Assembly (NCBI GenBank): GCA_977862235.1
Contig: OZ374561.1
Location: 682,001-746,000, forward strand
DNA length: 64,000 nt
Source: Dudresnaya verticillata
Taxonomy: Eukaryota
Direction: 5' to 3'
The position numbers and the translations under genes were made by a program. Shown in pieces: positions 45,701-54,185 of this stretch. Below the pieces are notes generated by a model. The model made no database searches and was not told the DNA's origin. It saw only the letters and a program-made list of their open reading frames with translations. The stretch's first letter is position 1, and every line of letters begins with the position of its first letter.

Positions 45701-48393
45701 GGAACTGGGGATACCTCAGTCAAGGGCGGGGCTGGAGACAACTCCGTCGAGGGTGGAGCTGGAAATTGAGGACTCGGAACTCCAGGCGATGCGTTGGCGG
45801 AGGCAGAAGGCGGTGAGACTTCCGTTGAAGTCTGAGCTGAGACCAATGGACTAGGTAATACCGGGGATACTTCCGCAGTTGGTGGCGACGGCGATACTTG
45901 GGCATCAGGTGGCGACGGGGATACTTCAGCATCAACTGACGACGGCGATGCTTCGGGAGCGGCCGGGACCGGTGATGCTTCTGCAGCAGGCGGGGATGGT
46001 GAAGACTCGACAGAAGGAAGAGGGGAGCTCACTTCAGATGCTGCAATCGATTCAGATGGACTCGACAGCGCCGACTGGCTAACACCAGGACTCACGCTTG
46101 AAACCTTGGGCAACGGGGTACTGGAAAGACCCGGAAGACTTGGTACCAAGGATGGACTTGATTCCACCACAGGTGAAGCCTGCATAGAAGAGCTTGGGTT
46201 CACGCTTCCACTTGCCGGAGGGCTCTGAACAGGAGACGAGAGCAGACCCGGCAACGGGCTATTTGATGGTGCCGGTGACGGATCGACCGAAGACGCAGCT
46301 ACGGAAGCAGCAACACTTGCTTGCGGGCTTGCAGTAAATATTGGCGATGCGCTGCTCTCAGTAGCAGCACTAGGCTTCAGTGGCGGCGTAATAGTCGGAA
46401 CAGCACTCACATTCGCAGACGGACTTCCTTCTTCTTCATCACTGGGCGAGGCCGACTGGCTGGGTACAATGGATGCGAAGCCCACAGACGACGAACTAGC
46501 TTCAGGGACAGCGCCTGGCGAGCTCGATGGAACCAACAATGGAGATGGACTCGAATCCTGAGATGGGCTCAGCTCCGGCGCAACACTCTCAGCCGGCCCA
46601 TTGCTATTCTGTGGAACAACGGGAGAGATACTTGCCTGCGCCGAAGGGCTGAAGCCAGGGGATACACTGACTGCCTGACTTGGTACTGCTGAAGATATTA
46701 CCGGAGAGGGTGTCGTGATCGGCGTTACCGTTGGCAGTACAGATCCGCTTCCCAGCTGTGATGTTTTCGGAGATTGCAGACCCCCAATGGAACTCTGTGA
46801 TGCAGTGCTTTTCAGCGACGGAGAGACCGCAACAGATGGGTTCTGAGAAGCGGCTTCACTTGGACTTACAGCCGGTATGGGCGCTGTGCTGGGAATGGCG
46901 ACTACTGGTGGATCCGGTGAGGGTGACAGCACAGTAGATGGGCTTATTGACTGTGAGGGCTGGTTCCCTCCGGCTTGAGAGGATGGAGAGGGCAAACCTG
47001 ACAAGCCTGCTGACGGAGACAGCTCGACACTAGGGCTAGCTGAATCCTTCAGTTGGCTTCCCCCGTTCGATGGAGAAGTGGAAGGCAAGAAAGACTCGGC
47101 GGGTGAAGCCGAAGAGGCAGCACTTGCCGCTGCGGATACCGTTTGCTTCTGGCCATTACTACTAGGTAGCGCCGACGGCTTCTCAGACACATCTGGTGAT
47201 GGGGAGGAAGCAACACTTGGAGGACTTGAAACATCAGGGCTGACAGCTCCTCCCGTGGGTGACGAAGACGGCACAGGAGTTTCATCCGAAGACGGAGAGG
47301 GCGTGGTACTAGGATCTGCAGATTTTGCAGAGGACTCCCCCCCTTGCTTTGGCGACGCGGATACGGGCAGTGAAAAATCCGGCGACGGCGATACAGGATC
47401 GCTAGATGCTGCGGGCTTCGCAGACTTTGATGCAACATTCGACGGAGACACCGAGGGAAACACGGACGGATCCGCAGATGACAGCGCAGAAACACTGGGA
47501 GCAGCTGATTCTGCTGGCTTCTCTCCACCCTTCTTCGGCGACGCAGATGCAAGTGGCGAAATATCCGGCGGTGGCGATACCGAAACGCTAGGTGGTACCG
47601 GCTTTGCCGACTTAGCTGGAACTTTCTTCGGCGACACAGATGGTATCGCGGAAGGATTTGCTGACTTCACAGGCTCCTTCCCCCCTTCCTTCGGTGAGGT
47701 AGATGGAGGTAGCGATATATCTGGTGAATTGGCAGCGCTAGGTTTAGATGGCTTCACAGACTTGGCTGCAGCCTTCTTGGGAGACGCAGACGGCAAAGCA
47801 GATGGATCTGTAGATTTCACCGGCTTCTTCTTGCCCCCCTTCGACGAGGGAGATGCAAGCGGTGACGAAACCGGAGACTCTGGGGCTTCGTCGCCAGGTG
47901 CCGGTTTCACAGGCTCGATTGCATTCCCCTTAGGCGACGCAGACAACGATGGGAACGGAATCGCAGACTTACCAGGACTGGTCTCGGCCACCTTCGGCGA
48001 GGAAGATGCAAGTACTGATTGATCTGGTGACGACGATGGCGCGGCGCTAGGTTTTGGGGGTTTTTGTGACTTGGCCGCAACCTTCTTGGGCGACACAGAC
48101 GGCAATGGATCCGCTGATATCGAAGCGGAGGGAGAGGAAACAGGAGATAAAGTTAAAGGCGGTGAAGGGGAAGCAGTTAGAACAGGGGAGGACTCCTCCG
48201 AGGGTGAAGCGGTTACAAGACCGGCTAGGAGGTTTTCCAGGTCATCGTTAAAGAAGGGGTTGTCCTGGCGCGCAGCTGGAACGTGCGGCCAAGCGTGCAA
48301 AGGAGCAGCGAGAAGGGCCAACAGCACGACGGAAAGCAGACGCGACGCGTAGCGGGGGGGACGGCGCGGCGGTTCCGTCAAGCGACCGCCCAT
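39712..48393 (-). CDS. Giant Ser/Pro-rich mucin/extensin-like membrane protein with C-terminal vWA domain, 2893 aa
   Basis: Uninterrupted 8.7-kb ORF. Signal-like LLSVVLLALLAAPLHA; ~2300 aa of S/P/V/A/E low complexity; TM segment GIAVASLFAVVLIGAVLY (~41230-41285); vWA start IDLLFVFDASGS (~40680-40716) with IGFVEY, VVVINAG and ITLGIG; basic KRKRRKRNK near the C-terminus. Confidence 0.88.
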   Translation of the reverse strand: MGGRLTEPPRRPPRYASRLLSVVLLALLAAPLHAWPHVPAARQDNPFFNDDLENLLAGLVTASPSEESSPVLTASPSPPLTLSPVSSPSASISADPLPSVSPKKVAAKSQKPPKPSAAPSSSPDQSVLASSSPKVAETSPGKSAIPFPSLSASPKGNAIEPVKPAPGDEAPESPVSSPLASPSSKGGKKKPVKSTDPSALPSASPKKAAAKSVKPSKPSAANSPDISLPPSTSPKEGGKEPVKSANPSAIPSVSPKKVPAKSAKPVPPSVSVSPPPDISPLASASPKKGGEKPAESAAPSVSALSSADPSVFPSVSPSNVASKSAKPAASSDPVSPSPDFSLPVSASPKQGGESSAKSADPSTTPSPSSDETPVPSSSPTGGAVSPDVSSPPSVASSPSPDVSEKPSALPSSNGQKQTVSAAASAASSASPAESFLPSTSPSNGGSQLKDSASPSVELSPSAGLSGLPSPSSQAGGNQPSQSISPSTVLSPSPDPPVVAIPSTAPIPAVSPSEAASQNPSVAVSPSLKSTASQSSIGGLQSPKTSQLGSGSVLPTVTPITTPSPVISSAVPSQAVSVSPGFSPSAQASISPVVPQNSNGPAESVAPELSPSQDSSPSPLLVPSSSPGAVPEASSSSVGFASIVPSQSASPSDEEEGSPSANVSAVPTITPPLKPSAATESSASPIFTASPQASVAASVAASSVDPSPAPSNSPLPGLLSSPVQSPPASGSVNPSSSMQASPVVESSPSLVPSLPGLSSTPLPKVSSVSPGVSQSALSSPSESIAASEVSSPLPSVESSPSPPAAEASPVPAAPEASPSSVDAEVSPSPPDAQVSPSPPTAEVSPVLPSPLVSAQTSTEVSPPSASANASPGVPSPQFPAPPSTELSPAPPLTEVSPVPSVSEVPPVPPSIEASPTTPSAEVSPTPPIIDESQSPPPAQESPAVPNPQLSATPWSEVSPGSQSVEPSPSPGSNGAPSASPSSEIVPVPSIDEASPIPSSAGSSPTAPSSQPPVLPSTGIPSSPPSSELSPAPPLAEASVAVPSPQVSATSTEVSPGAPTVEASPLGPSAQPVEPPLPSVSSSLPPVEASPFPPSAEVSPTVPSPQPPSPSFNEASPAPSSNALPSVLPSMEVPSASPSAESSLAVPGPSLVVPPSTEASPVPPSPIASSALPSSAATSPVPPSAAPVPPSIEASPAPPSVAPALPSTEASPGPPSVPPALPSIEASPVPPSAEPAPPSTEVSPGPPSVAPALPSTEASPGPPSVAPALPSTEASPVPPSGAPIPPSIEASPGPPSVAPAPPSTEASPGPPSVPPTLPSTEASPVPPSVAPAPPSTEASPGPPSVPPALPSTEASPVPPSAEPAPPSTEVSPVVPSNEVSPAPSTAEVSPAGSLPAAPSPSAPSSEESPVPSSVNVSPVPPSMGASPAAPSPSAPSSEESPVPSSVNVSPVPPSMEASPAPPSPAVASPSVPSSEVSPALPSAQVSPAVPSAEVSPVLPSSEVLPVSPSPLSPVPSSIVASPIVPSTEVSPVAPSTEVSPAPPSPVPPSTESSPIPSAAGVSPAVSSIWSPVPASAEASPALPSVEVSPALPSAEVSPALASVEVSPSPVTEISPVPPTVEASPVLPSPQSSVQPSTDVSPTPLVPEASPALPSADVSPAPPSTEVSPAVSVPELSPSLPAGEVSPVLEASPAVKMSPSLDASPSSGPLTSPVVSTSAVLNPSLDASPSVLVSPSDVAIPPSTSPVVEPSLLITPSPPTEPSTPVEASPLAGVSSSPQISVVPGASLEGSPSAGSIPSVKSSQSPMITASSGAVSPLLPSQSAEVSPSISQDPATSASPSGVATDPSPSSNASLLPDVSTSPGSILSSAVPSVSLSPPTSMLPSPSDFTSSVSPASSVPFASTTPSAFMVMTPSGTANGGMSASPPLPSLSGQVSASVGISPNPSDFEESPSPVSPIASAEPSAFESVEASPSVAPSAPDVSPSGGLSASLSPSFVLPTILPSVSFTASAPSSVSPVASGNAADFASPSPSDLVPESGGPSLSKSAEPSANVNESPDVPEVPEESPLVSLPGVATASILPTASVSAASSDNPELSASPLLPPSGTNTSPEITPGLEVEESPGVRTSPDVFVPPSASPEPSSLFPSATVSGVATPSDGFLPSPDPSELIASESPSLGAEPSESVLPSASPGNGLPSSPSLLPSPSDPDLPSPEPSDLMASVSASAVPILSASMVASPSLSFAPSPSFSDPVASATPSDPGAPVPTDDAGVDFTPSVAASPSDNAPVTGNATASAVPETNSASASPLPAISIASSAPSASPGGPLVVGTSSGSKGSPSPNMDVLASGGGNSAGNVSKTDPSNGSSLPGGIGGMSGIAVASLFAVVLIGAVLYKTCAVFPAAGGLGLTSIFGVSDDDNDKSGPSSESGGGGVVGDDSPWDQVWKSASELPAVIVAAGEAAAAQVGGQFAGLMKPGAARVRPPQVITRLAVPGMCMALSQLSPSSAASDMVSTASGRSTQSKSFRSSRFPSSSEALLVAARGTSDEKVAKDDQDDVELPPVNSPKIDLLFVFDASGSLSWRDYREMKEILTKPGGLLDTLMRKAHDGSRIGFVEYAYDSVVVSELDRDQEAVRRRILSSFQGDANNWDRDGMYVYEVGVEVGGNALRKVDSLVERENERNGLGSSGSGSVMDSEGDIEEPPTVQAKEVPPAMNGMSREAHLALKWSRFEMLPPVANKHIQAQLQNTLRLRRVVVINAGELTKGGQAEDGLDAATEEKVHMEKAGIRLITLGIGDSCEKGLLKIATGKSHLWASSVQQVIPLVPKLAEMILKSDPRHDGRLARPPAIMKRKRRKRNKSTKEKRQNAIYRAVQAGAIDPAKSISKGLPRRASELPPWFTEV
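44026..44217 (-). repeat. Coding duplication, 2 x 96 nt (PAAPSPSAPSSEESPVPSSVNVSPVPPSMxAS)
   Basis: cttcactcgagggcgcagaagg occurs at 44085 and 44181, a 96-nt offset. Confidence 0.9.
44296..44823 (-). repeat. Coding minisatellite: 11 x 48-nt units (EASPxPPSVxPAxPST)
   Basis: Eleven consecutive 16-aa units in the giant ORF; the DNA units are near-identical. Confidence 0.9.
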
Positions 48394-51300
48394 CGGGGGA
48401 CCATGCGAAGGCCGGCCGGGTGGCCGGCGCCGGTAAGCAACGGCGACGGACGACAATGCGAGGGTTGGTAGAGCAGCAAGAAGTTGAGCTTTGAACGCAG
48501 TAGAGGTTGGGAAGGCAGATGGGTCGGGGGCAAGGCGTTTGGGGGTGCGGCCGGAATGTTTGTCGTAGGGAAGGGTAGTTTGAGGGTCGAGGGAGCACGC
48601 GTGCGTGCGGTCGCGGTCTAAGGTGAGGCGGTTCGACCGGGCACAGACGGGCGGGGAGGGAAGGGGTGGACCGGGTGGGGTGCTGGGGTGGGGGAGTTGC
48701 GGTTCGGGTCGCGGTTCGGGTCGGGCGAGGGAGGGCGGCACGCGCTAGACTTGCGAGGGTCGCGTTGAGCGGCGAGGCGCCGGACGCAAGGCGGGCAGAG
48801 TGGGTGGAAAATGTCGGAAAAGGCAGGTTCTTTGCCCGGCAAACGGGGCCAGAAAGGCGCGCGTGATGCGAAATGGCGGCGGCGCGCGTTCACCGGGCGA
48901 CAGCGGCCTGTGTGGCACACACACGGAACGTGACACGGCGAGTAGGCGGTCCACGTGTGCGAAAGTCCGCGAATTCATGTCACTGGTTAGCGGCGGCGCA
49001 CTACTCGGCGTGACGCCGTCCACCCCAGCCCGGCCGCGGCCACAGCAGAGCGCCGGTCGCCGGAGGCACACACCCCAACGCCCCCGTCCAGAGCCCCCTG
49101 CGCAATCGAGCCTTGTCACCCCTTCCGGGTTGGGCGTAGCCCCAATTACGTTTCTCTTTTCTCATACCGACATTGTACTGGACCCCTATCGTGCAGCTCG
49201 CCGGGACAAACTGCCCAAAACAGTCAGCATGACAGGTTCGCCGCCGGGCAGCCCCCGATCGGCCCTCCTTATGCCACGGGGGCATCGCTGGTGCCCCAAT
49301 GAGACCGCATTAAACAAACGTCATGCCCCGTTTTGTTCTTGCTGGGCCTCACAAACACTGCGTTCACCAGCGATCACCCCGTCACGCGTCATATGCTGGC
49401 GTTAATCCCGTCCCCAATATAACACCTCTTCCGCACAACGCGTGAGCCTTGCCTCGCCAAGTGGCCCCCGCCCCTCGCAATATGGTACGTGGGCGTCTCG
49501 ACTCGCTCCAGCTCCAGCTCCATAACACACCCCGCTCAAATCTGCCCATCAACCGGGCCGGCCGATGCACAAGAATCCTCACGCGCACGCTATTCGCCGG
49601 TCACGCTAGCCCTACACCAATTACCTTTGGCCTTTTATCGCTGCCCTGCTGTCACCACTGTCAAACATCGGACGTCGTCTCCTGCTGATGGACGCCGCGA
49701 CTTGTATTAGCGGCGATGGACTCCAGCTCAGTTATTATGTCAGCACCCCCGCCACACGGCCTATTGATGTCAAGAATGCCACACCAAATATCACTTCTTC
49801 TCCAGCCGGCGCAAGCACATTGTGCGCACCTTCCCGAAACATTGAAAACGAACGAAAAAACCCAACTCCCGGCGAATGACACTTCAGCCCTTGTTTCATC
49901 CTCTTTCGTTTGGCCGCAGGAAGGAAAAACACCACGTGCAGGGGCCCACGTGCAGCTGAAAATTGGTGAATCTCCAAAGAATACCTAAAAACAAGTACCA
50001 TCTCCAGCTCCAGATCCAGACCTCAAGGCGCGTCCTTCGTCATTCGGCGTTGGGCCCCCGGGATGTCACGGCTGCTCAAGCGCCGAATGTGTGACATCAC
50101 GTCCCAAATCCCCAGCCACTCACCGATTGGTTTGTGACGAACATTCCCGGATTCCTTGATCCTTTTCTGCCCACACTAATTCCAGCAAAACAACATGTAC
50201 AACGTTTTTAATCCAAATTGCAGCGCATCCAAGCTTGCAGCACCCCATTCGGGACTGTCGACCGCTGGTCCTTCGCGTGGACAAACAGTTGACCCACGAC
50301 GCTACGCGCCACCAAAACAGGACCTCTGCCTTTGCCCTAATGGACCGCTCAGGTCACCGCCGCACGCCTCAACGAGCTGCGCAAACCCCGCTAAAGGGGC
50401 AACCAGCAATAGACTCCCCAGAGCACAAGCGCATGGCGCCACATCGGCTATTGTGGTTGACAGTTTGTTTTCATCCTGTTGCGCGATTTTTGTCGACACA
50501 CACATCGCTAAACGTCTAGCTCCGATGCTGTCCCCGCCTTTCGCCTTAAACCTTTTGAAAGCCCGAACAAAACGTGTCCATCTAGCAACGTGACGCGTTT
50601 TCAACTGGCAGTGTCAGGTAGAAACAACTGCCAACGATTGTCAATGCCAAACCCCAGAACTGCTTGATGGTCGGGTCGACACATTCAACGATGACGCGTA
50701 ACGTGTTTCCATGCCCCCGCTTGAACAAGCCCCAAGAGCATTGTGCGGCCATTCGCGAGCAAACTGGTATGTTTCCAACGAGACGCATCAGTGGCAATTG
50801 TCTGCTCCACAAGTACACACTCACACTCTATCTAAACTGCTCAAGAGTGCAGACTATGCACTGCAGAGTCAACACTCGTTCAGCAACGCGCATGATAACG
50901 AATAGTTAAGTTTGTCCAGCGATGGGCGACAGATCGGCACGAACTTTTAGGATCTGAACCGGACTGGCACCGACCAAAAAGGTCACAGGACTATGAAGAC
51001 GCACTTCGGGAATGCAATGGATACAAGTATCCACGCCCCGAGAGTCTCCATGATGTCAAAATGACTCGAGGCAAGTGTCACTATATATGGACACTGAAGT
51101 CGCAGCTGCCAGAGGGGCCGCTGCCTGATCGGTGTCGTCCGCGACGACTCATCCCTCAGCTCTAGACAACGATAGGTAGCCTACGTGACCTTGTGCGTTA
51201 CAAGTTGTGTCATCAAGGGCTACAGAACTGAGATATCTTCAAACAGCGAAGGAAGCATCACAGCAGCCCCGCGGGAAGCGGAAGAGGATTCGCGTGGTGC

Positions 51301-51785
51301 CCGGATACAGACCGATAAGTTTAGAACATTTTCCTTGAGACACGTCCAGACAAGCTTGTCTGGCTAGAATCACTTCAAAAAATTGTAATACAACAGCACA
51401 CAGACGGCCTTGCCTTTGAGGGAAGAACTGCATTTTTTGTTGCCTCATCCCATGCATGAGGTTGAAGTGTAGTCCGTCAAATGGCCTGTTGCCCGGGAGC
51501 GGAAATGCAATGCTAGTCGCAAAACTGACTACATACTTGTGGAAATGCCAGGCTCTGGCCGTCAATCCGGCTCTCGAGGCGAGCTTCTTTCTGCCCTCTC
51601 TGACCGGAATGGCCCCTGATCTCTCAGAACATTCCCATGAAACTTCACACACCTCGCAAATATATCTGCTGCTGTTGAGTGCCCCAATTTGACAAGACAA
51701 AGGCAGGTCAAGAAGAGCACTGATGAATGGATCAGCGATTGAGCCAATTTGAAAGGCTCAACAACGGGTCTGAAACACGATTTCT

Positions 51786-51798
51786 ATTGGCCACGTCA
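51786..51798 (+). promoter_or_regulatory. ATTGG-CCACGTCA composite (CCAAT box plus ACGT/bZIP-type site) ~250 bp upstream of RPL34
   Basis: tATTGGCCACGTCAc read directly. Function is inferred. Confidence 0.35.
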
Positions 51799-52047
51799 CC
51801 TCGCGAGCAACCTGCTTGATCGCACACGCATAGAGCATCTCAGTTTTCGAAAATTTATCAAAACATTCAATTTGCTTACAGAGGCCGTGCGCGCCGTCGA
51901 CCGCGGCCCCGACGACGTCCCCAGCTTCGATTCCTTGATCGGAATTATCCCCATCGTCGAACCACTGCTTTGCCACCCTCACCACCCCCTTCACGCCTCG
52001 CTCCGCCATCATCGACGTAGAGTTTCGCGTTCCGAAACAGTACCAAC

Positions 52048-52784
52048 ATGCCGGACGCGCGTGTCACTCTCAGGCGCAAGAGCCCGTACTGCACCAAGAG
52101 CAACAAGTTCAAGAAGTAAGTATGGTGTGGCGCGTACGATACTCGGCGCCTTCCGGTGCGGTTTCAGCAGGTGAACGCAAAGCGAACACCAATTATTCTG
52201 CGTCGCAGTACGTCGATTCTAACCATCTCTTGCGAATAATCGCCGTTTGATGAGTCGCGTAGGGTGCGCACCCCGGGTGGCAAGCTTACCATCCAGTACC
52301 TGAAGAAGCTCCCGAGCACTCCGAAATGCGGTGACACCGGCCGGCCGCTCTTCGGCGTTGCCGTCGCCCGTCCGAAGGAGCTAAAGCGCATGTCCAAGAG
52401 GCAGAAGTCCGTTTCGCGGTGCTATGGGGGAGTCTTGTCGGGATATGCCGTGCGCAACAGGTAAGCAAAAGAGCAACACTTCAACACGACGAGCGCGCTT
52501 CGCAAGGGAAGATTGCATTGATTGGATTCCCTTGAACATATGGGGCAACCCGCTGAGTACATTATGCCGCGTATCCCACGCAACACAGATGCGCTGCGCT
52601 GTTGGTCTTGCGATGATTTTGTTTCTTGATTGCAGCTCCTGACCTTGTTCGCCTTGTGCTTCTTCAACCTCATGTGATTAGGATTATTCGCGCCTTCTTG
52701 CTGGAAGAGCAGAAGATTGTCAAGAAGGTGCTGAAGCAGCAGAAGCAGCAGAAGGCCGCCAACCAGCCGAAGAAGTCCAAGTAG
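52048..52784 (+). CDS. RPL34: 60S ribosomal protein L34 (eL34), 3 exons: 52048-52115, 52263-52460 and 52682-52784, 122 aa
   Basis: RVTLRRKSPYCTKSNK-K-VRTPGGKL...KCGDTG...SRCYGGVLS...R-IIRAFLLEEQKIVKKVLK. Both introns are GTAAG...TAG with branch points and restore the frame. Confidence 0.95.
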
Positions 52785-53141
52785 ATTTTTTCTGCACTGT
52801 GGTAATAGGGTGGAGCCGTTGGTGGCAGTGATGGTGGCAATGTGTGGAATCGTTTTGTTGCGCTTCGCCATGGTTGTGTGTTAAACATCCTGCTGTACTG
52901 GACGATCCACCTCGCAGTAAATGGTTTGCGCCTTTTGTTGTATTCTTACGCTACTTTCCACAACCCATGCGATGATGGTCAGTATTTCATGTTGCATGCC
53001 TTAACGAGGGTCCGGTTCTTCGCCAAGTGCGAGTACATAATCTTTGTAGCGACGTCGCCGTGTGGCCGGGTAAACAATGGCGTTTAGTTCGAGAAAGCGT
53101 TGGATAAGACCTTCGCCAGAAGTTAGTTATGCTCGCGTTAA

Positions 53142-54185
53142 CTACCTACTTCCTCGCTTCATCCATTGCTTAACTTCATCACCTCCAAAAACCATGACAC
53201 TCGTCAGATACACAGATAAGCCGACACGGGGAGTCACGCCTCTGTAGAAGCCTCTGATGCCGTTTTTCTCGTAAATGTACCGTGCGGTACTTCCTATTGA
53301 TAGCGATTTCGGTCTATCTTCTGCTTTGGCCATGCTCTGCATCTCAACTCTGATTACCTCAATCGGCTGATTCCAACACGCCAAACCACCGCCAATGGCA
53401 CTCGATGCGAGTCGTTCACCTTTCGATAACCGCCGGTCTTTGTCCTTCCCGCGGATGATAGACTCAACAACTCTGGAGAACCCAAAGCGAGATCCCCAAT
53501 TCGTTGCTTGCCGCAACGCTACAGCATTGACGCCTTTGTACATCCCGAGGATTCCTTCGCTTCGCATGATCTCACCAGCCACAGCAATCGAGCTCTTCTG
53601 AGCTCCGCCGACGCCTTTTGTTCTTGTTACTTCAACTGTCTTCATGAACGTACAGAACCCCATTGTTGTGTAGGCTTGACACACGCCACCACCCATTCCG
53701 CCGATGGCACTGGACGCAAGCGGTCCCATCCCCGCGTGTTGTGTGAGATTCGTTATCTCATTCTGCGCAAAGAGAAGCACTCCACCCTTCGTTACTGCCT
53801 CTATCCAGGCCCACGGCATGAGCCCTTGCCAAAATGCAGAGATTCCTCGAGACGAGTATAAACGGCGCAAAGCACCTCTAAGGTTATCTGTTCGGTGAGC
53901 TGCCATTACTGTTTTGATATTTTCAAACGGTTGCCCTAGCGTGGATACTTCGAACACCTGCAAAGCCGACCCAATTGCGACCTGAACAAACACAATTACT
54001 CAGCGCATGGGTTAGAAAAGTGATTCAATTGGTGCCCCCAGGTTAAAATGACGAAGGCGAGGCCATCAGAAGCTCAACGACATCAAGACAATACTGCAAC
54101 TTACATTCCTGACATCAACTCGCTTCCTCCGGGCTTCCCTTGCCTGTGCGTTCAACGTCGCTGATTGTGCTTGAACATCAGACAT
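53142..54185 (-). CDS. YHM2: Mitochondrial citrate/oxoglutarate carrier YHM2-like, 2 exons: 54185-54105 and 53981-53142, 306 aa
   Basis: EVSTLGQPFE, QGLMPWAWIEAVTKG, QAYTTMGFCTFMKTVEVTR, RQATNWGSRFG and WNQPIEVIRVEMQS match yeast Yhm2 as I recall it. Intron GTAAGT...TTCTAAC...CAG at 53982-54104. Confidence 0.92.

Noticed and set aside
41156..48352. Long plus-strand Gly/Glu/Asp-rich ORFs and an alternative-frame Arg/Leu/His-rich ORF
   Set aside because: Antisense or shifted-frame shadows of the Ser/Pro repeat codons of the giant gene.
51708..51780. CTGATGA...GAAA(C) hammerhead ribozyme core with an upstream GTC
   Set aside because: Stems I and III cannot be formed, and stem II lacks proper closing pairs.
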